From an uncultured delta proteobacterium (GTDB lineage: Bacteria > Desulfobacterota > Binatia > JACPRU01), in contig CAVUWD010000020.1 of NCBI GenBank assembly GCA_963745025.1, positions 96,001-160,000 on the forward strand: a DNA stretch of 64,000 bases, written 5' to 3'. A program made the position numbers and the translations under genes. Shown here in pieces: positions 22,689 through 33,420 of this stretch. Each line of letters begins with the position of its first letter. The stretch's first letter is position 1. A model generated the notes under the pieces. The model made no database searches and had not been told where the DNA came from. It saw only the letters and a program-made list of their open reading frames with translations.

Positions 22689-24536
22689 ATGGCGAAACAG
22701 GCTCCCTCCCGCGGCGTCACGGCTTCGCCTCCAGCGAAGGGACAACCGCAGACGAAGGCTCACCCGTCTGCCGCCGGCACCGACCGCAAGCAGGATCCGA
22801 AGAAGATCCGTAAGCTCATCGATCTCGGCAAAGAACGCGGTTATCTGACCTATACGGAAGTGAACGAGGCGGTTCCGCGCGAAGGCTCAACGCCCGAAGA
22901 GCTCGACAGCGTGATGTCGATGCTCGGTGACATGGACATCGAAGTCGTCGAATCGATGGACGAGGAGGGATTCGCGCCGGAGGCCGAGGCCGAAGCGGAA
23001 CCGGCCGAGCCCGAAGTCGAAACCCCGGAGCCCGAGGAGCGCTCGTTCGGCGACACCTCCGATCCGGTGCGCATGTACCTCCAGGAGATGGGAGGCGTGC
23101 CACTGCTTTCCCGCGAGGAAGAGGTGGCGATCGCTAAGACGATCGAGGCGGGCAAGATGCAGGTGGCCGACGAGGTCTTCTCGGTGCCGCTCGCGCTGCA
23201 TTACGTGATGACGATGGCCGAGAAGCTGAAGAGCGGCGAGGTGGAGGCGCGACAGGTCTTGTTCGAAGAAGACGATGAGGTCGATTCGCCGGAGAAAGAG
23301 GAGCGTCGCGTGCAGGCATTCCTCAAGGCCGTCGGGCCGCTCAAGCGCTACGCGGCGGAGCGCGCGAAAGTCTCGGGCGGAACGAAGAAGGCCAGCACGA
23401 AGGACGTCGTCAAGCGAGAGAGGAAGCTCCACGGGCTCCAGGAAAGGATCAAATCCGGTCTCGTGGCCCTCGATCTCGGCGAACGGCACATTTCGGCCAT
23501 CGTCGACAAGCTTAAGGAAGCGACGGACCTGATCCGCAACCACGAACAGACCGTCCGCGGGCTCGAGGCGCGCTCCGGCAAGCCCGTCGCGGAGCTACTC
23601 CGCGCCAGCGCACGACTGCGAAACGGAGCCAAGAAGTCGAGTCGGTCTGTAGCGAGCGCCTTCAAGATGCCCGCCGAGGAGATCCAACGTGTCGCCGATG
23701 TGGTGCGCAAGGGAAAGAAGCGGGTGGGAGAGGTCGAGACCGAGATCGGTATGTCGCGCGATGCGATGTTCCGGTCGCTGCGCCGTATTCTCGAGGGCGA
23801 ATACAACGCTCAGGAGGGCAAGCGCCGGCTCATCGAGGCGAACCTCCGTCTGGTGGTGTCGATCGCCAAGCGCTACACGAACCGGGGTCTTGGGTTCCTA
23901 GATCTGATCCAGGAAGGCAACATCGGCTTGATGCGCGCGGTCGATAAGTTCGAGTATCAGCGGGGCTACAAGTTCTCCACGTATGCCACGTGGTGGATCC
24001 GCCAGTCGGTCTCGCGGGCGATTGCCGACCAAGCGCGTACGATCCGTATCCCCGTTCACATGATCGAGACGATCAACAAAGTGCTGCGCACTTCGCGCTA
24101 TCTCGTCCAGCAGCTCGGGCGCGAACCCACCCCCGACGAGATCGCCAAGCAGATGGAGATGCCGGCCGACAAGATCCGCAAGGTCTTGAAGATCGTCAAA
24201 GAGCCCGTTTCGCTGGAGACGCCGATCGGCGACGACGAAGAGTCGAGCCTCGGCGATTTCGTGGAAGACCGTCAGAGCCTCTCTCCCGCCGATGCCGCCA
24301 TGTATTTGAACCTCGAAGAGCAGACTCGCAAGGTGCTCGCGACATTGACCCCACGCGAGGAGCAGATTCTGCGCATGAGGTTCGGCATCGGCGAGAAGAC
24401 CGACTACACGCTCGAAGAAGTAGGGCAACGATTCGCCGTCACCCGCGAGCGCATCCGACAAATCGAGGCGAAGGCATTGCGGAAGCTCCGCAACCCCTCG
24501 CGTGTGAAGTCTCTCGAGGCGTTCGTCCAGAACTGA
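22689..24536 (+). CDS. rpoD: RNA polymerase primary sigma factor RpoD
   Basis: Region 1.1 [54 protein letters not shown]. Confidence 0.97.
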   Translation: MAKQAPSRGVTASPPAKGQPQTKAHPSAAGTDRKQDPKKIRKLIDLGKERGYLTYTEVNEAVPREGSTPEELDSVMSMLGDMDIEVVESMDEEGFAPEAEAEAEPAEPEVETPEPEERSFGDTSDPVRMYLQEMGGVPLLSREEEVAIAKTIEAGKMQVADEVFSVPLALHYVMTMAEKLKSGEVEARQVLFEEDDEVDSPEKEERRVQAFLKAVGPLKRYAAERAKVSGGTKKASTKDVVKRERKLHGLQERIKSGLVALDLGERHISAIVDKLKEATDLIRNHEQTVRGLEARSGKPVAELLRASARLRNGAKKSSRSVASAFKMPAEEIQRVADVVRKGKKRVGEVETEIGMSRDAMFRSLRRILEGEYNAQEGKRRLIEANLRLVVSIAKRYTNRGLGFLDLIQEGNIGLMRAVDKFEYQRGYKFSTYATWWIRQSVSRAIADQARTIRIPVHMIETINKVLRTSRYLVQQLGREPTPDEIAKQMEMPADKIRKVLKIVKEPVSLETPIGDDEESSLGDFVEDRQSLSPADAAMYLNLEEQTRKVLATLTPREEQILRMRFGIGEKTDYTLEEVGQRFAVTRERIRQIEAKALRKLRNPSRVKSLEAFVQN

Positions 24537-24609
24537 CTCGCCGATTCGAGCGCGACTTACGGTCGCGCGGCAGAAGCCGACTCAAGCCTGCAAAGGAGGT
24601 CCGATTAGG

Positions 24610-24780
24610 ATGCTCAAAGATCTCGAAAAGGAGCTGAAGCGCTGGCGTGAGAAACGGGCGCAAAAGCCGGTGGCGAGATCGCGGGAAACCGCGCTACCAT
24701 CCGCTGCCGACCGCCGTACCGTCCGCGTCAACGGCCAGGAAGTCGTGGTCGTCAAGCGGGGTCGTAAAGCTCTCGCCTAA
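24610..24780 (+). CDS. Small basic hypothetical protein (56 aa)
   Basis: Below ORF-track cutoff; AAGGAGGT RBS; MLKDLEKELKRWREKRAQKPVARSRETALPSAADRRTVRVNGQEVVVVKRGRKALA. Confidence 0.6.
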   Translation: MLKDLEKELKRWREKRAQKPVARSRETALPSAADRRTVRVNGQEVVVVKRGRKALA

Positions 24781-24797
24781 GTCACCTCTCTCCGCAC

Positions 24798-25940
24798 TCA
24801 AAGACTGAGCTGCTGAGCAACCGCTTCGCGATGAAGCGGTGCGGAACCGAACGTCACCTCGTTCGCGAGAGCGCGACGATAGTAGAGATGGATGTCGTGC
24901 TCCCAGGTGAAGCCGATGCCCCCGTGGACCTGAATGGCATCACCGGTGACGTTCTTGCCCATGTCGCTCGTGTACGCCTTGGCCATCGCCACGGCCTTCG
25001 CGCATTCGCGGTTGCGCGCGTCCACCGCCCATGTCGCGTAATAGCTGAGCGATCGGGCGTTCTCGATGGCGACCATCATGTCGACGCACTTGTGTTTGAC
25101 GGCCTGAAAGCTACCGATCGGCTTTCCGAACTGCATTCGCTCGCGCGCATATTGGAGCGACAGCTCCAGCGCGCGCTGCGCCGCCCCGACGGTCTCGACG
25201 CAAAGCGCCGCGGTGCCGATTTGAAGAGCGCGCAAGAGAATTGGCCAACCCTGGTCTACCCGCCCGAGCACCCGCTCGGCCGGTACGCGGACACGATCGA
25301 AGGTGAGATTCGCCTGCCTGCGTGTCTTGTCGACCGTTGCCAGCGGGGTAATGGAAAGTCCGGGAGCGCCGCGCTCGACGAGAAACAGCGTGATGCCGTG
25401 TCGCGGGCGTTTCTTCGCCGAGGCCGTCCGCGCGGCCACGACAATCCAGTCGGCGACCGCTGCATCGAAGACGAAGAGCTTCTCGCCGCGCAGCACATAG
25501 TCGCTTCCCTTGCGTTTGGCCTCGAACTCGATCTCCGCCGCGTCGTGCGAGACCGGGTCCTCGACAAAGGCGAGCGTCAGCACAGCGGAGCCTTCGGCGA
25601 TTCGCGGCAGTACTTCCTTCTTCTGCGCGGCGGATCCGCCAGCGCCGACGGCGACACCGCCCAGCAGCACCGTTGCGAGGAACGGACCGGGAAGGAGCGC
25701 CTTGCCCATCTCCTCGACGATCACGCTCGCGTCGAGAAGACTTCCGCCCATACCGCCGAGGCTTTGAGGGATTAGCAGACCGAGCCAGCCGAGATCTGCG
25801 AGCTTCTTCCAGAGCTCGGCCGAGTGAGCGGTCTCGTGATCCATCATCTTGCGAACGAACGCGGTTGGGCACTCGGCCTCGAGGAATTTGCGAGCGCTCT
25901 CGCGCGACATTTCCTGTTCCTCGGTGAATCCGAAGTTCAT
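24798..25940 (-). CDS. Acyl-CoA dehydrogenase family protein
   Basis: MNFGFTEEQ start with GAGG RBS, GEKLFV, RMQFGKPIGSFQAVKH, QVHGGIGFTWE. Confidence 0.93.
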   Translation of the reverse strand: MNFGFTEEQEMSRESARKFLEAECPTAFVRKMMDHETAHSAELWKKLADLGWLGLLIPQSLGGMGGSLLDASVIVEEMGKALLPGPFLATVLLGGVAVGAGGSAAQKKEVLPRIAEGSAVLTLAFVEDPVSHDAAEIEFEAKRKGSDYVLRGEKLFVFDAAVADWIVVAARTASAKKRPRHGITLFLVERGAPGLSITPLATVDKTRRQANLTFDRVRVPAERVLGRVDQGWPILLRALQIGTAALCVETVGAAQRALELSLQYARERMQFGKPIGSFQAVKHKCVDMMVAIENARSLSYYATWAVDARNRECAKAVAMAKAYTSDMGKNVTGDAIQVHGGIGFTWEHDIHLYYRRALANEVTFGSAPLHREAVAQQLSL

Positions 25941-26066
25941 GGCGTCCTCGCATATGACCGTCGACCCCGCAGGGTCAAGGTTGCCCGAGGGAGCGGGAAT
26001 GCTTACCCGGCGACGACTTCTAGGGTATAGAACCGCCGCGCAGCGGTTTTCGTCCCGTCTCCGACG

Positions 26067-27782
26067 ATGAAGCTCAGCCAACTACTCGCACCGACCCTGA
26101 AGGAAGACCCCGCCGACGCCGAGGTGGTGAGTCACAAGCTTCTCGTGCGCGCGGGGATGATTCGTCAGGTTGCGCGCGGAATCTATGATTTTCTTCCGCT
26201 TGGTCTGCGCGCTGTCCGCCGTGTCGAGACGATTGTTCGCGAGGAGATGAACCGCGCCGGCGCGCAGGAAATCCTCATGCCGGTGGTGTGCCCGGCCGAG
26301 CTCTGGCAGGAGAGCGGGCGCTGGCAGAAATATGGCCCCGAGCTCCTGCGGCTCAAGGACCGCCACGATCGCGAGTTCTGCTTCGGACCGACGCACGAGG
26401 AGCTGGTCACCGACATCGTCCGCCGCGAGGTGCGCTCCTACCGCCAGCTGCCGCTCAACCTCTATCAAATCCAAGTCAAGTTTCGCGACGAGGTCCGCCC
26501 GCGCTTCGGCTTGATGCGCGGCCGCGAGTTCCTCATGAAAGATGGGTACTCGTTTCACGCCTCGGCGGAGGATTGCCGGCGCGAGTACGAGAACATGTTC
26601 CAGACCTACTCGCGCATCTTCGAGCGTTGCGGGCTCCGGTTTCGCCCGGTAGAGGCAGACACGGGGGCGATCGGGGGTTCGCAATCGCACGAGTTTCAGG
26701 TGCTCGCCGATTCGGGCGAGGATGCGATCGCGAGCTGTAACCAATGCGGCTACGCGGCGAACGTGGAAAAAGCCGAAGGCCGTCTCGAGCCGACGCCGCA
26801 AGAGCCGGGTGGGTCCCTCGAAGCCGTGGCGACGCCGAACCAGCGAACGGTTGAGGAGGTGAGCGCGTTTCTTGGCCTGTCGCCGAGCCGGTTCGTGAAG
26901 ACGCTCGTCTATGTGACCGACGCAGGCGAGCCGATCGTCGCGCTCGTGCGCGGCGACCGCGCGCTCTCGGAAGCGAAGCTTAAGAATGCGGTCGGGGCCG
27001 CCGCCGTTCTATTGGCCGACGAGGGGATAGTCGAGCGCGTGACCGGAGCCCCTGTCGGGTTTGCCGGCCCCGTCGGCCTGCCTGCTCGCATCATCGCCGA
27101 CCCCCTGCTGCGGGGCATCCGCGGCGCCGTCACCGGGGCCAACGAGGCCGACCGGCACTTCGTCGGCTTCGATCTCGAGCGCGACGCTCCGCCGGTCGAG
27201 TTCGTCGATCTCGTCGTGGTCGGGGCGGGCGACCGCTGCGGGCGCTGTCCGGACGGTCGGTTTGAGATCCATCGGGGAATCGAGGTCGGGCAAATCTTCT
27301 ACCTCGGCCGCAAGTACAGTGAGCCGCTGCGTGCTGTGTTTCTCGACCCGGCCGGAGCGGAGCAGACGATCGAGATGGGGACCTACGGAATCGGCATTAC
27401 CCGCACGGTGGCGGCGGCGATCGAGCAGAACCACGATGCTCACGGGATCGTATGGCCAGTTCCGCTCGCGCCGTTTCCCGCGATCGTCGTGCCGGTGAAC
27501 CGCGCCGACGAAGCGGTCTGGGTGGCGGCGGAGCGCGTCTACCGGGAGCTCCGCGGCCGCGGCGTCGAGACCCTGCTCGACGACCGTGACGAGCGTCCCG
27601 GTGTCAAGTTCAAGGATGCGGATCTGATCGGGATCCCGTTGCGGGTGACCGTCGGGCCCAAGGCGTTGGCGCGTGGTAACGTGGAGCTGAAGATGCGTCG
27701 CGCCGAAACGGCGGAAGAGGTGCCCCTGGGAGAGGTTAGCGCGCGAGTCGCCGAGCAGGTGACCAAGGCGACCGCGCCGTGA
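26067..27782 (+). CDS. proS: Proline--tRNA ligase
   Basis: PTLKEDP, GPTHEE, FRDEVRPRFGLMRGREF, INS editing domain, GIEVGQIF, DADLIGIP. Confidence 0.97.
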   Translation: MKLSQLLAPTLKEDPADAEVVSHKLLVRAGMIRQVARGIYDFLPLGLRAVRRVETIVREEMNRAGAQEILMPVVCPAELWQESGRWQKYGPELLRLKDRHDREFCFGPTHEELVTDIVRREVRSYRQLPLNLYQIQVKFRDEVRPRFGLMRGREFLMKDGYSFHASAEDCRREYENMFQTYSRIFERCGLRFRPVEADTGAIGGSQSHEFQVLADSGEDAIASCNQCGYAANVEKAEGRLEPTPQEPGGSLEAVATPNQRTVEEVSAFLGLSPSRFVKTLVYVTDAGEPIVALVRGDRALSEAKLKNAVGAAAVLLADEGIVERVTGAPVGFAGPVGLPARIIADPLLRGIRGAVTGANEADRHFVGFDLERDAPPVEFVDLVVVGAGDRCGRCPDGRFEIHRGIEVGQIFYLGRKYSEPLRAVFLDPAGAEQTIEMGTYGIGITRTVAAAIEQNHDAHGIVWPVPLAPFPAIVVPVNRADEAVWVAAERVYRELRGRGVETLLDDRDERPGVKFKDADLIGIPLRVTVGPKALARGNVELKMRRAETAEEVPLGEVSARVAEQVTKATAP

Positions 27783-28567
27783 CGCTCCGCTGGCCGCTCA
27801 GTGGAATCCGACAGGGTGGCGCGCGAAGTCGGCTGATCTTCGCGCTCGACGTCGCCCAGCTCCGCGAGGCGGAGCAACTGGTGCGCGCGCTGGTGCGCGA
27901 GGTCGGCCTCTTCAAGATCGGCAAACAGCTCTTCCTGCATGCCGGGCCGGCGGTCGTCCGTATGGTGCAGGAGAAGGGCGGCGAGGTATTCCTCGACCTC
28001 AAGTTTCACGACATCCCCCGCACCGTTGCGAAAGCGGCCGCCGAAGCGACGCGCATGCGGGTCCGGATGTTCGACCTCCATGCCTCGGGGAGCCTGGCGA
28101 TGATGCAGCAAAGCGTCACCGAGGTGAACCGCGTCTGCCGCAACGAGCAGCTCCGTCGCCCGAAGATTCTCGCGGTCACCGTGCTGACGAGCCTCACTCG
28201 GGACGACCTGCGCCGTGTCGGCGTTCAAGCGGGGGTCGAGAGCCAAGTCGTTCGTCTCGCGCGGCTTGCACGCGAGGCGTCGATGGACGGTGTGGTCGCC
28301 TCGCCGCTCGAGATCGCCCGCATTCGCAAGGAATGCGGGCGCGGCTTTCTCATCGTCACCCCCGGAGTGCGCATGGCGCGATCGAGTTGGGACGACCAGA
28401 AGCGCGTGCTCACCCCGGAGCACGCGATCCAGGCCGGTGCGGACTACATCGTCGTCGGCAAGCCGATTCGCGACGCCAGGGACCCGCAAGCCGCGGCGCG
28501 CGAAATCGTCATGGAGATGGAGCGTGGGAGCGCCGGTCTGCGCGGGAGGGGTCGCGGAGATGCGTGA
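27779..28567 (+). CDS. pyrF: Orotidine-5'-phosphate decarboxylase
   Basis: IFALD, FLDLKFHDIP, VTVLTS, VTPGVR, DDQKR. Confidence 0.96.
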   Translation: MTLRWPLSGIRQGGARSRLIFALDVAQLREAEQLVRALVREVGLFKIGKQLFLHAGPAVVRMVQEKGGEVFLDLKFHDIPRTVAKAAAEATRMRVRMFDLHASGSLAMMQQSVTEVNRVCRNEQLRRPKILAVTVLTSLTRDDLRRVGVQAGVESQVVRLARLAREASMDGVVASPLEIARIRKECGRGFLIVTPGVRMARSSWDDQKRVLTPEHAIQAGADYIVVGKPIRDARDPQAAAREIVMEMERGSAGLRGRGRGDA

Positions 28568-28570
28568 CGC

Positions 28571-30484
28571 TCAGATGCGCTTGACGGCGCCACTGCGCGA
28601 CGTGTCGTAGCCTGCGAGCGTGGCGACGGCGCGGGCAAAATCGGCCGAGCCGATCACCTCGAGCAGGCGCGCACCGAGACCGCTCGCCGCGAACTCCTCG
28701 AGAAGCACGAGGTCGTAGTCCTCGACGTCGACCGGAACGAAATCGAGGTCGAGAGCGACGGCGGCTTGCTGAATGCCGAGGCCCACGTCGGCGATACCGC
28801 TCTTCACCGCAACGGCGACGCCCATGTGCGTGAACTCTTCACGTTCATACCCGCGGATCTCCGCGGCGCGCAACCCGAGCTCGGCGAGGCGAGAATCCAA
28901 GAGCACTCGCGTTCCCGCGCCCGGTTGGCGATTGACGAATCGCACGTCCGGCCGAACCAGGTCCTCGAGCCGTTCGATCCGTTTGGGATTCCCGCCGGCG
29001 ACGATCAGGCCTTGCCTTCGCCGCACGAGATTCACGACGCGCACGGCGCGGCCTGGAAGAAGGCGGCGAACGTCGGCGAGATTGTATTCTCCGCTCAGCG
29101 GGTCGAGGAGGTGGCAGCCCGCAACGTGAGCCTCGCCGCGCCCGAGCGCTACGAGGCCCGCGATCGAGCCGACGTTGGTCGCCGAGATGCGCGTTCCCGG
29201 CTCGCGTTGCTTCAGACAGTCCTCGAGAATCGACAGCGACAAGTCGTGGCTGCCGCTCGCGAGGATCGTCTGCTCGATCTCCTCGCGGCGTCGCAGAAGC
29301 TCGATCTCGACCGCCTCCCCCGCGTTCAGTCCTTCGACGTTGGCCGGGATGCGCAGAATGCCGTCGGCCTTGACCATCGTGGTGATCAAGCCGGCGCCGC
29401 GGCCGAGGGGATTGGCGACGAGCCGCCCGCCGACGCGCCCGAGCGTCACCCGCACGATCTCTTCGAGTCCGAGGCGTGAGGGGATCTTCTTCGGCACGAC
29501 GGCGGAGGCCCGATCCGGCTCGGCGGGCGCGATGCCGAGCGTCCGGGCCAGCAGGCGCCTCACGAACTCCTGGGCGATGACCACCGCCGACACCGGGTAT
29601 CCCGGGATGCCGATGACCGGCTTCGTCGCGGCGATGGCCAAGATCGCCGGTTTCCCCGGCATGACGTCGATGCCGTGGGCGATGATCTCGCCGAGCGCGC
29701 CAACGGCCTCGGCGGTGAAGTCGTGCTCGCCCGCGGATGAACCGGCGATGACCAGGACCACGTCGTGCTCGGCGATGGCGCGCTCGATCGCGGAGCGCAT
29801 GCGCTCGAGGTCGTCCGGCACGGGCGGCAGGCGGCGCGGATCGCCGCCCCACTCGAGAACGTACGCGGCGAGCATGCGCGAGTTGAACTCGATCACGCGG
29901 CCGGGCTCGGCGCCCGCACCAGGCTCGATCAGCTCCGACCCGGTCGGCAGGATCGCCACGCGCGGGCGCACCGCGACCGTGACCCGCTCGACTCCCGCCG
30001 CGAGCAGCGCGCCGAGGTCTGCCGGACGAATGCGATGGCCGCGCGGCAGCACGGGCTCGGTGGCGACGAAGTCTTCGCCGACCAGGCGGACGTGTTGCCA
30101 CGGGACGGCTGCCTGGCGGACCTCGACGTGCGAATCGTCGAGCCGGAAGACACGCTCGATCATCACGACCGCGTTCGCCCAGGAGGGGAGGATGGATCCG
30201 GTATCGACGTACGTGAAGCGACCCTCGCCCGTGCCGAGCTCGAGCGTGCGCGGCACGAATTCCGTGGCACCGAACGTATCCTCGGCCCGGACGGCGATCC
30301 CATCCATTGCCGCACCGTGATAGTGGGGCGCGGACAGAGACGCGATGACGGGCTGCGCGGTGATCCGCCCGAGTGATTGTTCGGTCGCGACGTCTTCGGC
30401 GCGGAGCGGACCGAGCGGTAGCGCGTCGATGAAGATGCTTCGCGCCTCTTCGAGGCTCCGGCGCTTCAGGTAACGCCTTCGCAT
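28571..30484 (-). CDS. moeA: Molybdopterin biosynthesis protein MoeA fused to periplasmic-binding-type (PBP) domain
   Basis: AMDGIAV, TGSEL, PGKP, PGYPVSA; C-terminal GSHD, AGCHL, NRQPGAGTR. Confidence 0.92.
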   Translation of the reverse strand: MRRRYLKRRSLEEARSIFIDALPLGPLRAEDVATEQSLGRITAQPVIASLSAPHYHGAAMDGIAVRAEDTFGATEFVPRTLELGTGEGRFTYVDTGSILPSWANAVVMIERVFRLDDSHVEVRQAAVPWQHVRLVGEDFVATEPVLPRGHRIRPADLGALLAAGVERVTVAVRPRVAILPTGSELIEPGAGAEPGRVIEFNSRMLAAYVLEWGGDPRRLPPVPDDLERMRSAIERAIAEHDVVLVIAGSSAGEHDFTAEAVGALGEIIAHGIDVMPGKPAILAIAATKPVIGIPGYPVSAVVIAQEFVRRLLARTLGIAPAEPDRASAVVPKKIPSRLGLEEIVRVTLGRVGGRLVANPLGRGAGLITTMVKADGILRIPANVEGLNAGEAVEIELLRRREEIEQTILASGSHDLSLSILEDCLKQREPGTRISATNVGSIAGLVALGRGEAHVAGCHLLDPLSGEYNLADVRRLLPGRAVRVVNLVRRRQGLIVAGGNPKRIERLEDLVRPDVRFVNRQPGAGTRVLLDSRLAELGLRAAEIRGYEREEFTHMGVAVAVKSGIADVGLGIQQAAVALDLDFVPVDVEDYDLVLLEEFAASGLGARLLEVIGSADFARAVATLAGYDTSRSGAVKRI

Positions 30485-30551
30485 CGCGCCCTACTTAGCA
30501 GTGCTGCCGAGAAACTCCATGGGCGCCCGAGCTTGATCCGGCGCGCCATTT

Positions 30552-30580
30552 ATGAAATTGAAAATCATTTTCAATTTCAT
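30552..30580. promoter_or_regulatory. Fur-box-like palindromic operator
   Basis: ATGAAATTGAAAAT-C-ATTTTCAATTTCAT: perfect 14-1-14 palindrome, AT-rich, immediately before RBS (GGAGAGGGG) of porin-like gene. Confidence 0.85.
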
Positions 30581-30592
30581 TTGGAGAGGGGA

Positions 30593-31960
30593 ATGAAAAT
30601 GGCGGTCTATTGCAAGGTCGGAGCGGTGCTGGCGCTTGCGCTGCTGCTGTCGGTTTCCGCGAATGCGGCGGAAAGCGATACGCAAAAGATCGAGCGGCTC
30701 GAGCGAGCGGTGGACGAGCTCAAGCAGCAGATCGAGGAGCTGAAGAGGGAGCTGGTGAAGCCCGAGCCGGCGGCCCGCAGGCCGCCGCGGCACCGACGCC
30801 GGCGCCCGCTGCGCTCGCGGAGGGCCAAGGTGTCGTGTCGCAGGTACTCGAGCGCGTGCAGATCGGCGGTACGGCTCGACGCGCTTCGAAGCGAGCTCCG
30901 CCAGCAGGCCAGAATCGACCTTCACGCTCGACGCCTCGTCGTGACGGCCGACGGCGAGCGCCGCGACGGACGATCGACTTCGAGCTCGAGTTCGAGCGCT
31001 TCCGCCGAGCTCGAGCCCGAGCGCATCGTCGAGGCCGAGGAGGGCGGGCTCAAGGTCGAGCAGGAGGTCGAGGGCACGAACGAGTCGAGATCGCCGCTCG
31101 AGCAGGCTGGTCGAACGAGCTGTCGAGCGCTCGAAGGCGATCGGAGCGTGCTCGTGCAGCTCGGCGGCTCAACCTCAATCACGACGACAACCGCTGGGAT
31201 CTGCCGCGACGCTCGCTCGTGGATCGCGGCGTGCCCGTGCTGCCGTCCACGTCGGCCTGGGACGAGGTCGGCGCCGGATTCACCGGAGATCTCGAGGTCG
31301 GCGAGCTGGGAGCGCTCGGATATCACCTGTACGTGGTCAACGGTACGACCCTGCAACCGGAGACCGAGGAGATCGTGCAGACCCGCAGCGAGAGCCGCGA
31401 CAAGCTCAGCTCGAGGCGAAGTTCACGCCCAGACCGGCACGTTCGGCAACGACGTGAAGGACGCGAAGGCGGTGACGGGGCGGCTCGCGTGGAGCCCCGC
31501 GCTCGGTCACGAGCTCGCCGGCTCGTTCTACACCGCTCGCTACACGCCGGACTCCTGCCGAGCGAGACCATCAACGCCTTCGGCGCGACGGGCTGACGAT
31601 CTGGGGGCCCTTCGAGCTCGAGGGCGAGTACGTCTACACCGACTTCGGCGACATCGACGAACTCGCGACCGCCTTTGCCAAGACCGTGGGCGACAAGTCG
31701 GCCGCGAATCCCGCGGAGACCAGTCCCGACTTCGAGGCCGAGATCGAGTTCGAGCTGTCGAGCCTCGCCGAGACGAAGCAAGGCTACTGGATCGAGCCGC
31801 GCTGGCGCTTTCGCCCGGCGTGGCTGAAGGAATCGATCTTCGGGCGATATTTCGAGGACCCGGTGCTGACGGCGCTGGTGCGCTGGGAACAGGTCTGGCT
31901 CGGCGGATTGCTCCAAGAGCTCGATTTCGCCGGCGGCCAAGTGACCGCGCTCGAAAGGTG
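30593..31960 (+). pseudogene. Outer-membrane porin-like protein, multiply frameshifted/deleted
   Basis: Signal peptide, coiled coil (IERLERAVDELKQQIEELKREL), then beta-barrel-like pieces in three frames (IDFELEFERF, RLNLNHDDNRWDLPRR, DAKAVTGRLAWSP, GYWIEPRWRF). Confidence 0.65.
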
Positions 31961-32230
31961 GCGCCTCCGGTTCAGGAGGTTTTGCGGGAGGCCTGTTACG
32001 ACTGCCATTCAAATCAGACGCGATGGCCTTGGTATAGCGCGCTCGCGCCGATGTCCTGGCTCATCCAGCACGACGTGATGGCAGGGCGGCGGCGACTGAA
32101 CTTCTCGGACTGGACGGACTACGCCTCGGATCCAGAGACCGCCGCTGAGAAGCTTCGCAAGGTCGCGAAGGCCGTTACCGACGGGAATATGGCGCCTCGA
32201 TACTACCAGATGCTGCGTCCCCGGGCGCGA
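31960..32230 (+). pseudogene. Haem-binding (Haem_bd, cytochrome c-type) domain fragment lacking its own N-terminus
   Basis: VQEVLREACYDCHSNQTRWPWYSALAPMSWLIQHDV..GRRRLNFSDW...MAP..Y. Confidence 0.8.
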
Positions 32231-32400
32231 GTCGACGAGCGGGGAGGGGTGCTCTATCACACGCGCTACGGCGGAGAGTCCGCGCCGACGCTTTCTCGAT
32301 CAGATCGCGGCAAGGCTGAGCGAGATCGGCTGCTGCCGTCGCAGGACATCCGCAACATCGCGGGCGCGACCCTATCGGCGCGCGCGGTCGGACGGAGGAA
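32230..32400 (+). pseudogene. FMN-binding (flavinylation target) protein fragment
   Basis: ..YGGE.. and DIRNIAGATLSARAV, matching the FMN_bind GAT motif context. Confidence 0.55.
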
Positions 32401-32559
32401 GCAGGCGATCTCGTTCACACGAGATCGGCAACGTTCATCCACCTCATTTTCTGCGCGCGGAACGCGCCTTCGCCGCTCCGGAGCTCGCTCAGGTAGATTC
32501 GTCCCTAGGGGGAATGTCGAGCGTCTTACCCAGCCCGCAGGGCGAGTCGGGAAGGGGAG

Positions 32560-33420
32560 GCGCCGAATGGCTCTCAACAGCGTCGTCGGCAACGGACGGG
32601 CACGATCTCGAGTCACGGCGATGCTCCGGAACATCGAGCCGGCGAAGCTGGTCCCTTTGCCGTCGCCGAAGCCCAATCGATGGACGCGCGAGCCGCGTTC
32701 GAGCTCGCATATGGCCTCACCGATGCACCTCGGGCGGGCTCGTGTTTCAACGTGCGCCGCCCGAGTGGCGAGGGATTTCAGTCTGCGGGTTCGCAGTATC
32801 GACCGAGGGCGCCTTCGACGTCAAGGGTCGCCGCCGGTCACCTGGGCTGGTCGCGGAGATCGCTGCCGTAGTGGAATGCGAGTCGCGCGCCGCGGGTTCG
32901 ACGTTGTTGGGAAGGCGAGCTCTTGTCTCCCGACGTCGCGCTCAAGCCCATCATCGGAAAGGGTATGCGGCCGACTCGAGATCGGATCTCCTGCGGCGCG
33001 AAGGTCGCCAAGGCGCGCTCGTCAATTTCGGCGAGTCGAGCATCGTGCGTCGGCCCCGACAAGAACAAGCGGCTTGCGAATTTGGATACGCCGCGGAGGG
33101 TCTCTACGGCCCGCTGTTTCTGCGTGATATGGCGCTCTCGACCTCCGAGAGCTTCGGCGAGAGCGGACGGGTGAAGGGCACGCGCGTCGGTCACATCATC
33201 GATCCGAGAACGGGCGAGCCGCTCGAGCGAAGCGCGCAAGCACGTACTGGCGCCGAACGTCGCCGAGGTCGAGTTCTGGAGCAAGGCTCGGCTCATCGAG
33301 CCGGCGGGCGCGTTTCGCGCACTCGGTCGGCGGCCGTCCGTCACCGGCCTTCTGCTCGACGCGCGCGGAGAGCGCGTGGACGAACGCTTCGTCGCGCTGA
33401 GTGGCTGGCGCACGACCCGA
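32560..33420 (+). pseudogene. apbE: FAD:protein FMN transferase ApbE, fragmented
   Basis: STEGAFDV, ALVNFGESSI, ALSTS..GHIIDPRTGEP, FWSKA pieces interrupted by frameshifts and deletions; 5' boundary approximate. Confidence 0.7.

Noticed and set aside
30533-33127. 864-aa ORF as one multidomain protein
   Set aside because: Protein-like segments alternate with out-of-frame Arg/Ser-rich text; it is a chimera of fragments from several genes
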